From NCBI GenBank assembly GCA_027450185.1, contig DAIDKF010000004.1:14044-78043 (forward strand): a stretch of DNA of 64,000 bases. The letters are read 5' to 3'. Below, piece by piece: positions 29,144 to 38,510 of this stretch. Source of the DNA: Granulicella sp. (GTDB lineage: Bacteria; Acidobacteriota; Terriglobia; Terriglobales; Acidobacteriaceae). The position numbers and the translations under genes are program-made. Numbering within the stretch: position 1 is the first letter of the stretch; every line of letters starts with the position of its first letter. A model generated the notes under the pieces. The model did not search any database and had not been told where the DNA came from. It saw only the letters and a program-made list of their open reading frames with translations.

Positions 29144-30190
29144 GTGACGACGACCGGGTTGAAAGTTCGCGAGGGAGTGGTGTTAGGGCCGATGACGACG
29201 TTCGGGATTGGGGGCCCCGCACGTTATTTTGCCGAGGCCATGGCCGAAGAGGACGTTGCTGCGGCGGTGAACTGGGCGCGAGAGCATGGTGTACGGCTAT
29301 TTGTGCTGGGTGGTGGAAGCAATCTGCTGGTGCGGGATGCGGGGTTTCAGGGGTTGGTCCTGAAGATAGGAGTGATGGGCGTGGAGGCCTGCGAAGACGG
29401 ATGCTTTGAGGTGGGCGCGGGTGAGGTCTGGGATGGTTTTGTAGAGAGGATGGTGGGACTGAGTATGGCAGGGGTGGAGTGCCTGGCGGGGATTCCGGGA
29501 TCGGTGGGAGGGACGCCGGTGCAGAATGTGGGGGCGTACGGGCAGGAGGTTGCCGAGACGATAGAGTCGGTGCGGGCGCTCGATGTTTCGGCGGGGAAGT
29601 TTGTGGAGTTGAATAAGGCGGATTGCAGGTTCCGTTATCGTGAAAGCGTGTTCAATACGGATGAGACCGGGCGCTACATTGTGACGCGCGTCCGGTTTCG
29701 GCTGCGTCCCGGGGGAGAGCCGAATTTGCGCTATGCCGACTTGCAGCGGCGGCTGGGCGGCAGGATGGGGCTGACGCTGATGGAGGTTGCAACGACGGTG
29801 CGGGAGATTCGGCGCGAGAAGGGAATGCTGCTGGTGAAAGGCGAGGCGGACTGCCGGAGCGCTGGGTCGTTCTTCAAGAATCCTATCGTGGGGAGGGAGA
29901 TGCTGGAGCGTATTGCATCCGCGGCGGGAGTGGAAGAGAGCAAGGTTCCGCATTGGCCGACGGGTGAGGGGAGGGTGAAGGTACCAGCAGCGTGGCTGCT
30001 GGAGCATGCTGGATTTGTGAAGGGATATCGGGATGGGGCGGCGGGGATTTCGACGCGGCATACGCTTGCGCTGACAAATCGGGGAGGAGCGACATGCGCG
30101 GATATCGAGCGGCTACAGGGGCAGATTGTGAGCGGAGTTAAGGCTCGGTTTGGGGTTATGTTGCAACGCGAGCCGGTGCTGGTGGGGTAG
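29144..30190 (+). CDS. murB: UDP-N-acetylenolpyruvoylglucosamine reductase
   Basis: TTFGIGGPA, LGGGSNLL, GIPGSVGG.PVQNVGAYG, F.YR.S, AGSFFKNP, H.L.L.N.G. Confidence 0.95.
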   Translation: MTTTGLKVREGVVLGPMTTFGIGGPARYFAEAMAEEDVAAAVNWAREHGVRLFVLGGGSNLLVRDAGFQGLVLKIGVMGVEACEDGCFEVGAGEVWDGFVERMVGLSMAGVECLAGIPGSVGGTPVQNVGAYGQEVAETIESVRALDVSAGKFVELNKADCRFRYRESVFNTDETGRYIVTRVRFRLRPGGEPNLRYADLQRRLGGRMGLTLMEVATTVREIRREKGMLLVKGEADCRSAGSFFKNPIVGREMLERIASAAGVEESKVPHWPTGEGRVKVPAAWLLEHAGFVKGYRDGAAGISTRHTLALTNRGGATCADIERLQGQIVSGVKARFGVMLQREPVLVG

Positions 30191-30232
30191 GAGAACTATG
30201 CAGCAGGAGTGCAGCGTGGCTGAGCGAGCCAA

Positions 30233-30290
30233 CAGCAGGTCTCTGCACTACGCCAAACGATAAGGCCGGTTGCCCGCGGTCGAGATGACA
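30233..30290 (+). repeat. Dispersed REP-like intergenic repeat, copy 1
   Basis: CAGCAGGTCTCTGCACTACGC...CGGTCGAGATGAC; the core is also present at 56955 and 57061. Confidence 0.7.
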
Positions 30291-30347
30291 GCTCTTTGGC
30301 GGGGTACGTATCGGGGAGATGCTCGAAACACCAGGGCGCCTGGCTGA

Positions 30348-31100
30348 CTACAGCAGAACGTTCAACATGCGGGCACGCTCGTCGGCGAGGACTCGGCCGA
30401 CAGGGCCTTGATCGATGACGGCACCTTGCTCGATGCGGATGACTTCGGCGCCGAGGAGGAGAGCTTCTTCGACGTCGTGGGTGACGGAGATGACGGGGAT
30501 GGCGAACTGCGCGGCGTGCTGCTGCATGCGGGGGAGCAGGGTGTTGCGCAGGTTACGGTCGACGCCGGTGAAGGGTTCGTCGAGCAGCAGGAGACGGGCT
30601 GAAGGAACGGCGAAGGCGCGGGCAAGGTTGACGCGCTGGCGCTCGCCACCTGACAGGTCTCTGGGCATGCGATGGGCGAGCGCGCTGAGTTCGAAGAGGT
30701 CGATGGCTGTGGAGATGCTTTGGTTATCGGGGCTGTGGCGGGCCTTGGCCGCGAAGGCGATGTTCTTGCGGATGGAGAGATGGGGGAAGAGAACGGCGCC
30801 CTGCGGAGCGTAGCCGATGGAGCGCTGGTGGACGGGTGTGGCGTGGTGGCGGCCCTGGATTTCGAGCCAGGCTGTGTTGTCAGCGGAGTGCTGGGAGAAC
30901 TCGACGATGGCTGATGCGATGGTCGGTTGAAGGAGGCCGCAGGCGGCGCGGAGCAGGGAACTTTTGCCACCCCCAGAGGGGCCGAAGATGACGGTCCATG
31001 GAGCGGCGAGGTTGAGGTGCGCGAGGAGGTGCAGTGGGCCGAGGTGCGCGTCGACGCTGAGGCGGTGATGCGGTTGGAGAGGGGTGGAGGGGTTAGACAA
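30348..31100 (-). CDS. modC: Molybdate ABC transporter ATP-binding protein
   Basis: GPSGGGKS, Q-loop, LSGGERQR, LLLDEP, VTHD; follows modB; TTG start assumed. Confidence 0.85.
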   Translation of the reverse strand: MSNPSTPLQPHHRLSVDAHLGPLHLLAHLNLAAPWTVIFGPSGGGKSSLLRAACGLLQPTIASAIVEFSQHSADNTAWLEIQGRHHATPVHQRSIGYAPQGAVLFPHLSIRKNIAFAAKARHSPDNQSISTAIDLFELSALAHRMPRDLSGGERQRVNLARAFAVPSARLLLLDEPFTGVDRNLRNTLLPRMQQHAAQFAIPVISVTHDVEEALLLGAEVIRIEQGAVIDQGPVGRVLADERARMLNVLL

Positions 31101-31758
31101 GTTCGGGCCTCCGGCGAGATCGCCCGTAGACGATGAGAAGCGCGGCGAAGGAGAGAGCCAGCAGGGAGGCGGCGGTGAGGTTGGCGTCAGAGTAGCGGAG
31201 CTCCTGCACCTGGTCAAAGATGGAGATGGATAGGGTACGGGTGACGCCGGGGATGTCGCCGCCGACCATGAGTACAACGCCGAACTCGCCGACGGTGTGG
31301 GCGAAGGTGAGGACTGCGGCGGTGACAAACGACGCGCGCGAGAGCGGCAGGGTGATGCGGCGGAAGGCGATCCAGGGGGATGCTCCGAGGACGCGGGCTA
31401 CTTCGATGGTCGCGGGATCGACGGAGGCAAAGGCGACGACGAGCGGCTGCACGGCGAAGGGCAGGCTGTAAATCATGGAGGCTATGAGGAGCCCCCAGAA
31501 GGTGAAGGCGAGAGGATGCCCGACGAGGGCGATGAGGGTCCGACCGAGGGCAGTGGCGGGGCCTAGGCCGACGAGGAGATAGAAGCCAAGGACGGTGGGT
31601 GGAAGCACGAGTGGGAGAGCTACAGTGGCCTGTACTATGCGGCGGGTGAGGCTGTGGCCACTCGCGATCCATGCGGCCAGCGGCGTGGCTACCAGCAGCA
31701 GGCAGATTGTGGTGAGGCTGGCGAGACGGAGCGTCAGGACGAGGGCGGCAAAGTCCAT
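31093..31758 (-). CDS. modB: Molybdate ABC transporter permease
   Basis: LPLVLPPTVLGFYLL, SLPFAVQP, FAHTVGEFG, GG.IPG.TRT. Confidence 0.93.
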   Translation of the reverse strand: MDFAALVLTLRLASLTTICLLLVATPLAAWIASGHSLTRRIVQATVALPLVLPPTVLGFYLLVGLGPATALGRTLIALVGHPLAFTFWGLLIASMIYSLPFAVQPLVVAFASVDPATIEVARVLGASPWIAFRRITLPLSRASFVTAAVLTFAHTVGEFGVVLMVGGDIPGVTRTLSISIFDQVQELRYSDANLTAASLLALSFAALLIVYGRSRRRPELV

Positions 31759-31840
31759 GGTGCTGTCAGTCTAGCGTGAAGACGGAATTTGCAGTGTGGA
31801 GGAGCGGAACAGGAGATGAGGATGGCGTGCATCGAATGGG

Positions 31841-32677
31841 CTATCGGAGGGCGGGATCGAGGCCGAATTTGGTGAGGCTTCGCTGGGTGGAGTTGCTGGT
31901 GAGCCAGCGGAGGAAATCCTGTGCTTCGGAGGGGTTCTTCGAGGCATTGAGAATGACCGCGCACTGGCTGATGGGAGGGTAGCTCTCCGGGGGGATGCGG
32001 ACGAAGCTGCCCAGGTCACGGAAGTGCGGCGAACTGGCGATGGTCAGCGAAATGAGGGCAACCTGCGCGTTGCCGGACTCTGCGAACTGAGCGGTCTGGG
32101 AGATGTTTTCCGCGATGACCAGCTTGTCGGAGACGAGGTCGGCGATGTGGAGGTTCGAGAGGGCTTTCATTGCGGCAAAGCCGTAGGGCGCGTGCAGTGT
32201 GTTGGCAACGGCGATCCTGGTCACCCTGGAGTTGGTGAGGATGCTAAGGGTGAGTGGGTGGGCTGGTGAGTCCTTGCGCGCCCAGAGGACGAGGATTCCG
32301 CGGGCATAGGGGGTCGGTGTGCGGTCGTCCTGCAGGCCCGTGGCGAGGCCGGCGGCGATGAGTTGCTCGGGATGCGCGGAGTCGGCGGAGAGAAAGAGGT
32401 CCTGGGGATCGCCGTTGAGAATCTGCTGGGTAAGAGTTGCGGAGGAACCGAAGGAGGCGATGATCTTGATGCCAGTAGCGTGCTCATAAGCCGCAGCCAG
32501 GGTGGGCAGAACGGGCTGGAGGTCAGAGGCTGCGGCGATGTGGAGTTCCTTTGTGGCCTGGGCGCGGGCGGACGGTGGTGCGCTGGTGAGAAGGGCGATC
32601 AAAAGCAGAGGAAGTGCGACAAGAGCGCAGGGTAAGAGCGCTTTGCGATACCCTAGAGGAAACCATGAATTCTTCAT
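31841..32677 (-). CDS. modA: Molybdate ABC transporter substrate-binding protein
   Basis: IAAASDL, FGSS, DLFLSAD, AVAN..HAPYG, ENISQT, YPPISQ; start uncertain. Confidence 0.9.
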   Translation of the reverse strand: MKNSWFPLGYRKALLPCALVALPLLLIALLTSAPPSARAQATKELHIAAASDLQPVLPTLAAAYEHATGIKIIASFGSSATLTQQILNGDPQDLFLSADSAHPEQLIAAGLATGLQDDRTPTPYARGILVLWARKDSPAHPLTLSILTNSRVTRIAVANTLHAPYGFAAMKALSNLHIADLVSDKLVIAENISQTAQFAESGNAQVALISLTIASSPHFRDLGSFVRIPPESYPPISQCAVILNASKNPSEAQDFLRWLTSNSTQRSLTKFGLDPALR

Positions 32678-34089
32678 CTCATATCCTTCGATGCACCGGA
32701 TGCGGAGAACGGATCGCCGCAAAGGACGCCCAGAGTAATTTTCGCTGCCGCACGTGCGGAGATCTATTTGAAGTCGAGTATCCGTGGAGTGAGGGTGCGC
32801 CGGCAAGTGAAGGCGTGACGGAGGGCTACTCGGCGAGCAGGCCGACGCCGAAGAATCGCCCGAATCCGAGTGCGCTGCGGTATCTGTGGCAGGAGCGGCG
32901 GACCTCGACGATGGGCATCGACCAGAGCGGCGTCTGGCGGTTCAGGGATCTGCTGCCGATCGTTCCAGACGAGAGCATTGTGACGCTGCGCGAGGGCAAC
33001 ACGCCGCTGTATGAGATGCCGAGGACAGCGGCAGCGCTGGGGTTGAACTGGTTGCTGGCCAAGCACCAGGGAATGAATCCTACGGGGTCGTTCAAGGACA
33101 CGGGAATGACGGCAGCACTGTCGGTGGCGGTGGCGAGCGGGTTTGAGTGGGTGGCGTGCGCGTCGACCGGGAATACGTCGGCGGCGATGGCGGCCTATGC
33201 GGCAAGAGCCGGGCTGCGTAGCATGGTGCTGATTCCGGAGGGAAAGATTGCGTGGGGCAAACTGTCGCAGTCGATGGATTATGGGTCGACGACGGTGCAG
33301 TTGCGGACGGATTTTGATGGCTGCGTGAAGGTGCTGGGCGAGATTGTGCAACGGGCTCCGGTGTATCTGCTGAACTCGGTGAACCCTTATCGGCTGGAGG
33401 GGCAGAAGACGCCGGCGTTCGAGATTTTGGAGCAGTGCGAGTGGCAGGTTCCGCACCACATCATTGTGCCGGGGGGAAATCTGGCGAACTGCTCGGCGCT
33501 GGGTAAGGGCTTTGCGGAGATGCTGCATCTGGGGTTCATTCATCGGGTGCCGAGGATCAGCGTGATCCAGGCGGAGGGTGCGAATCCGCTGTACCAGAGC
33601 CTGCGGACGAACGGCGGCGTCTCGCTGGAGCCGGTGACGGCGAACACGCGCGCGTCTGCGATCCAGATTGGCAATCCGGCGTCGTGGAAGAAGGCGGTGC
33701 GGATACTGGCGTCGACGGGTGGGTGGTGCGAACAGGTGTCGGAGCGGGAGATTGCGCTGGCCAAGGCGGAGATTGGGGCGGAGGGAATCGGGTGTGAGCC
33801 GGCCTCGGCGGTGACGCTGGCGGGGCTTAAGAAACTGGTGGCGAATGGACGCGTGGGGAAGGAAGAGACGGCCATTCTGCTACTGACCGGCCACACGCTG
33901 AAGGACTCGGAGTACACCATCAAGTACCATCGTGGCGAGTTGCTGACGGAGGCGGAGATGGCCGGTGCAAACACTGAAGAACTCGCGTTGCATGCGCGGC
34001 TGCGTCATGAGCCGATCGTGTTGGATGCCAGTGCGGACGCTGTGTTGCACGCTATCGACGCGCGGACGCGATCGGCGTTCCCGGCGTGA
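32665..34089 (+). CDS. thrC: Threonine synthase
   Basis: N-terminal CxxC..CxxC ribbon, TLREGNTPL, NPTGSFKD (PLP Lys), CASTGNTS, NSVNPYRLEGQK, PGGNLAN, EPASA. Confidence 0.93.
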   Translation: MNSSSHILRCTGCGERIAAKDAQSNFRCRTCGDLFEVEYPWSEGAPASEGVTEGYSASRPTPKNRPNPSALRYLWQERRTSTMGIDQSGVWRFRDLLPIVPDESIVTLREGNTPLYEMPRTAAALGLNWLLAKHQGMNPTGSFKDTGMTAALSVAVASGFEWVACASTGNTSAAMAAYAARAGLRSMVLIPEGKIAWGKLSQSMDYGSTTVQLRTDFDGCVKVLGEIVQRAPVYLLNSVNPYRLEGQKTPAFEILEQCEWQVPHHIIVPGGNLANCSALGKGFAEMLHLGFIHRVPRISVIQAEGANPLYQSLRTNGGVSLEPVTANTRASAIQIGNPASWKKAVRILASTGGWCEQVSEREIALAKAEIGAEGIGCEPASAVTLAGLKKLVANGRVGKEETAILLLTGHTLKDSEYTIKYHRGELLTEAEMAGANTEELALHARLRHEPIVLDASADAVLHAIDARTRSAFPA

Positions 34090-35000
34090 GCGCGGCAAGG
34101 GAGACGCGCGGGCTGCGGCTGTCGCTTGCGGCGACTTCGGCGAACCTGGGGCCGGGATTTGACACGGCAGGGCTGGCACTGTCGATGCGTCTAACTATGG
34201 AGGCAAGGGTTGCTGCCGGGTTTCAGATCGAGGCTACAGGACGCGATGCCGCACTGTGCGGAGCGCTGGAGCACAACCTGATTCTGGATACGTACCGTGA
34301 TGTGCTGACGCGCGCAGGAGTTCACGTGTTGCCGCTGCACCTGAAACTGCACAACGAGATTCCACTGGGGATGGGGTGTGGGTCGAGCGCCGCGGCGCTA
34401 CTGGCGGGCGTGACGCTGGCAGATCATTTTGGCGAGTTGGGTATGAGCGATGCGGAAATTGTCACCGAGGCTAGCCGCATCGAAGGGCACCCGGATAATG
34501 TGACAGCCTGCTGGTACGGCGGGTTTTCCGTTTCGGCAGAGGCAGGCGATAAGGTGACAGTGGCGACGTTCGCCGGTGATCCTGCGTGGGAGATGTTGCT
34601 GGCGGTGCAGCCGACCAGCCTGGCGACGAAGAAGGCGCGGGCGCTGCTGCCGGAGAGTTATACGAAGGCCGATGCGATCTTCAACGTGCAACGGGCGTCG
34701 CTGCTGGTGGCGGCCTTTGCGCAGGGTAGGCTGGATTTGCTGGCGACGGCGATGCAGGACCGGATGCACCAGCCGTATCGGGCAGAGGCCTGCCCGCTGC
34801 TGGAGAGGCTGTTGCCGCTGATGTGCGAGCCGGAGATTGCAGGGATTGCGCTGAGTGGGGCGGGGCCTTCTGTGCTGGTGTTTCTGGCTGCGGAGACGAC
34901 GCTGCTGGAGGCCGAGACGCGCATCCAGCAGATGGTGGGGCCGTATGTGGAGTTGCTGCCACTGCGGATTGGGGGCGGCGTGGAGCGAACCCTCCTGTAG
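34086..35000 (+). CDS. thrB: Homoserine kinase
   Basis: ATSANLGPGFD, IPLGMGCGSSAA, EGHPDN, DRMHQPYR, SGAGP. Confidence 0.95.
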   Translation: MSAARETRGLRLSLAATSANLGPGFDTAGLALSMRLTMEARVAAGFQIEATGRDAALCGALEHNLILDTYRDVLTRAGVHVLPLHLKLHNEIPLGMGCGSSAAALLAGVTLADHFGELGMSDAEIVTEASRIEGHPDNVTACWYGGFSVSAEAGDKVTVATFAGDPAWEMLLAVQPTSLATKKARALLPESYTKADAIFNVQRASLLVAAFAQGRLDLLATAMQDRMHQPYRAEACPLLERLLPLMCEPEIAGIALSGAGPSVLVFLAAETTLLEAETRIQQMVGPYVELLPLRIGGGVERTLL

Positions 35001-35095
35001 ACTTGCCGCATCGTTTTCCACCGTGCGGCATCTATCATGGTGTGGGTTTGCAGGGAAGCACAACAGGAGCAGGCAAACCAAGGGAGAGAGATGAT

Positions 35096-35428
35096 ATGGC
35101 AGGTCAGTTTACGTCTGAGGTGAATGATTCGGACTTCGAGGAGAAGGTTCTGAAATCGGATACACCGGTTCTGGTTGATTTCTGGGCAGCGTGGTGCGGG
35201 CCTTGCCGCGCGCTTGCGCCGGTGGTGGACGCAGTTGCCGAAGAGTATCAGGGCAAGCTGAAGGTAATGAAGATGGACGTCGACCAGAACAATATGACAC
35301 CTGGACGCTATGGCATACGGGGGATTCCTGCTCTGCTGGTCTTCAAGGGCGGCAAGGTTGCCGAGCAGATCGTCGGATTTGTTCCGAAGGACACGATCGA
35401 CCAGTCGTTGAAGCGCGTTCTTGTATAA
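35096..35428 (+). CDS. trxA: Thioredoxin
   Basis: VLVDFWAAWCGPC, IRGIP, FKGG. Confidence 0.95.
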   Translation: MAGQFTSEVNDSDFEEKVLKSDTPVLVDFWAAWCGPCRALAPVVDAVAEEYQGKLKVMKMDVDQNNMTPGRYGIRGIPALLVFKGGKVAEQIVGFVPKDTIDQSLKRVLV

Positions 35429-35533
35429 GAATTCTCGCAAGGTTGCAGAGTGTACGGCCCGCGGAGTGTTAGGCTTCGTTGGGCCGTTGCTGCGTCGGGT
35501 ATTGCCGGGCTCAGTGTAGACTTTAGGCCAACC

Positions 35534-36970
35534 ATGCTGGAATGGAGTCTTGTTCACGGGAGTCTTATCGCCTTCTTCATACTGGCGAACAGCTTCTTTG
35601 TGGCTGCGGAGTTTGCACTGGTCAGCGTGCGTGAGACGCGTATCGAACAGTTGGTCGCGCAGAACCGGCCCGGAGCGCGTACCGCTCTTCGACTCAAGCG
35701 CAATCTCAATGAATTTCTGCCCGCTGTTCAGTTTGGGGTGACGATCGCCAGCCTCGCGCTGGGCGGCCTGGGTGAGCCTGCGCTTGCTGACGCCGTGCTC
35801 GAGGGGTTGGCGCAAGTGGAGCTTCTGAGTCGGCTTCCGGTGGTGCGGGCGCATGAGTTGCTGTACGCCCACACTGTAGCAGTGGTGCTGGCGTTTGCGA
35901 TCATTACATACTTTGAGGTGCTGCTGGGCGAATTGGTGCCCAAGTCGCTGGCGCTGCAGCGCGCGGAGCGGATCGCGCTGGCGGTGGCCGGTCCGGTGGA
36001 TGTGTTCATACGGATGACGCGGCCGGCGGTGCGGTGGATGAATGCCTCGGCGGCGGTGGTGCTGCGGATGTTTCATGCACCGCTGAGTGCGGAGAACGTG
36101 GCGCATTCGCCGGAAGAGTTGAAGATGCTGGCGACAGCAACGCGGCGCATGGGCCTGCTGCCACCGTTTCAGGAGGAGATGATCCATCGAGCGATTGAGT
36201 TGAATCAGGTGGGGGTGAGCGAGATCATGACGCCGCGAGGCAAGATCTTCTCGTTGGCGGCGGATTTGACGCTGGAGCAGGCGAGTGCGCGCATCGTCGA
36301 GGAGCAGCACTCGCGGGTGCCGGTGTATGACCAGGCGAAGGGACGCGATCACATTATCGGGGTTGCCTATTCGAAAGACGTTGCCCGGTTGATGCACTTC
36401 CGTAGCGTTGCACAGGGACTGGGCAGCCGCGGTGCTTCGGGGATTACGCTGCGCCAGGTGATGCGCGATGTGCTGATGGTGCCGGAGACCAAACTGGCGG
36501 TGGAGATGCTACAGGAGTTCAAGGATCGGCGGCGGCAGATTGCGATTGTGGTGGATGAGTTTGGATCCACACTGGGATTGATTACCGCCGAAGATGTGCT
36601 GGAGCAGGTTGTCGGCGAACTGGAGGATGAGTTCGATACGGGGCGGAATCTGCCGTTGCCGGCTATTGGGGGTGGGCTGCTGCTGGATGGCAGTGTGAGC
36701 CTGCGCGACCTGGTGACGCAGTTGCACTGGAAGTTTCCGCGAGCGTATGGAGTTGAGACGCTGGCTGGATTTCTGCTGGTGAAGCTGGGACATATTCCGA
36801 CGGAAGGCGAGCATGTGGACTTCAATGGGCGGCGCTTCGCTGTGGTCGAGATGGAGGGGCAGCGGATTGCACAGGTGCGCGTGGACCCAATTGCCGAGCT
36901 GGAGGCGTTGGGAAACGCTGCCGCAAAGTCGGGCGAGCGTGGTGAATTTGGCGAGGAGGCGCAGCGATGA
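35534..36970 (+). CDS. CNNM/CorC hemolysin-family protein (DUF21-CBS-CorC)
   Basis: FFVAAEFALV, GELVPK, IMTPR, HSRVPVY, VVDEFG, ETLAG. Confidence 0.92.
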   Translation: MLEWSLVHGSLIAFFILANSFFVAAEFALVSVRETRIEQLVAQNRPGARTALRLKRNLNEFLPAVQFGVTIASLALGGLGEPALADAVLEGLAQVELLSRLPVVRAHELLYAHTVAVVLAFAIITYFEVLLGELVPKSLALQRAERIALAVAGPVDVFIRMTRPAVRWMNASAAVVLRMFHAPLSAENVAHSPEELKMLATATRRMGLLPPFQEEMIHRAIELNQVGVSEIMTPRGKIFSLAADLTLEQASARIVEEQHSRVPVYDQAKGRDHIIGVAYSKDVARLMHFRSVAQGLGSRGASGITLRQVMRDVLMVPETKLAVEMLQEFKDRRRQIAIVVDEFGSTLGLITAEDVLEQVVGELEDEFDTGRNLPLPAIGGGLLLDGSVSLRDLVTQLHWKFPRAYGVETLAGFLLVKLGHIPTEGEHVDFNGRRFAVVEMEGQRIAQVRVDPIAELEALGNAAAKSGERGEFGEEAQR

Positions 36971-37929
36971 AGCCGACGACCTCATTGCGGAGTGCCGCAC
37001 TGCGCAGGGTCTTGTGGCGTGTGGTGACGACGCTTCCAGTGCTGTGGGTGGTCGTGACGATGGTGTTTCTTATGATTCACCTCGTGCCGGGCGATCCGAT
37101 TGTGCAGATGCTGGGCGATGGCGCGACGGCTGCGGACATTGAGGGATTGCGCCACGCGTATGGGCTGGATGCTCCGCTGAGCGTGCAGTATGTGCGCTAC
37201 TGGAACGGGCTGCTGCATGGGAATCTGGGACAGTCGCTGCGGCTGCATGATTCGGTGCTGCATCTGATTCAGCAGCGGTATCCATACACGCTGGCATTGA
37301 CGGCGGCGGCGATGCTGCTGGGCGTGGGACTGGCGATTCCGGCGGGCGTTACTTCGGCACGACGGGCGAATCGGTGGTCGGACCGGACGATTGGGTTTGC
37401 AAGTTTGGCGGGGTTGTCGTTTCCCAATTTTGCGCTGGGGCCGATTTTGATTCTGGTCTTCTCGATCGATCTGGCGATGCTGCCGGTCTCGGGTGCGGGC
37501 GTTGGCGCAGGAGATTTTCTGCGTCATCTGGTGCTGCCAGCGATCACGCTGGGGTCGGGGCTGGCGGCGATACTGACGCGCATGGTGCGGACGTCGATGC
37601 TGGAGGAGTTAGGACAGGACTATGTTCGGACGGCGCGGGCGAAGGGGTTGTCGGAGAATGTGGTGGTCTATCGGCACGCCCTGCGGAATGCGTTGAACCC
37701 GGTGCTGACCGTGGTCGGGTTGCAGTTCGGATCTCTGCTGGCGGGAGCGATTGTGACAGAGACGATCTTTGGCTGGCCAGGACTGGGGCGGCTGACGCTC
37801 TCGGCAATTTCAAATCGCGATTACGCGCTGGTGCAGGGGTGCATTCTGGCGATTGGCCTATCGTATGTGCTGGTGAACCTGCTGACGGATTCGGTGTATG
37901 CGCTGGCCGACCCGAGGATGCGACGGTAA
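36967..37929 (+). CDS. Peptide ABC transporter permease (DppB/OppB-like)
   Basis: PGDP, GLD.PL..QY, HLVLPAITL, DYVRTARAKGL, HALRNAL, ETIFGWPGLG. Confidence 0.92.
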   Translation: MKPTTSLRSAALRRVLWRVVTTLPVLWVVVTMVFLMIHLVPGDPIVQMLGDGATAADIEGLRHAYGLDAPLSVQYVRYWNGLLHGNLGQSLRLHDSVLHLIQQRYPYTLALTAAAMLLGVGLAIPAGVTSARRANRWSDRTIGFASLAGLSFPNFALGPILILVFSIDLAMLPVSGAGVGAGDFLRHLVLPAITLGSGLAAILTRMVRTSMLEELGQDYVRTARAKGLSENVVVYRHALRNALNPVLTVVGLQFGSLLAGAIVTETIFGWPGLGRLTLSAISNRDYALVQGCILAIGLSYVLVNLLTDSVYALADPRMRR

Positions 37930-38383
37930 GGGACTGGCCCCCGGTACTCTTAGAGCTAAAGTAGGTCTAATCAGATAGGTAGTAGTGGAATTGTGACAGG
38001 ACGCTGCGTGATTGCGTTGGTGTAGGAGGGTTGGGTCATGGTTGGGGTCGGAGTTTTAAGGCAGGACGCATCGATGTGCTCGCCGATGCAACCTCCTTAC
38101 TGCAAACCGCACTTCACGGTGCCGCCCGCCGTAGATTTTTGTCCTACGTTGAATTCGATATGGCTACCTGCGGACGTTTAGCCACCCATCATTGATTGCC
38201 TGAGGAGAATCTTTCCAGGAGTTTAGGTACGATTATCGGCATAGCTGTCGCATCCGCCAGTAGCTCAACGGGGCTTGTGATTGCCAGTTTTACTGGTATT
38301 TCATCGAATATCTGGAAGCGCTGATCGCGAAGACAGTGGAGCCACCGCCACAATGGAGTTTGCTCGCTGTAGCCATCCGATTT

Positions 38384-38416
38384 AGCTTGTCAGACAAGCT
38401 GATCGGTGAGTATATT
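38384..38416 (+). promoter_or_regulatory. FadR/GntR-type operator overlapping the promoter of the lactate operon
   Basis: Perfect palindrome AGCTTGTC-A-GACAAGCT (38384-38400) containing -35 TTGTCA; -10 TATATT at 38411-38416 (18-nt spacer). Confidence 0.7.
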
Positions 38417-38510
38417 GTTTTTGCACTCGGCAAGCCGCTTTCAATGATCTCCCCCGGCAAGATAGGCAACGCAGCGGTGAGTCAATTTCTTTATGAGATT
38501 GGATTCCCCA

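Noticed and set aside
32560-32810. Moco riboswitch, ModE box or thr attenuator near modA/thrC
   Set aside because: There is no intergenic space, no Thr/Ile leader peptide and no recognisable motif.
38233-38240. GCCGATAA boxes at 38233 (minus) and 58799 (plus)
   Set aside because: No TAAA-like -35 element at 15-16 nt spacing.
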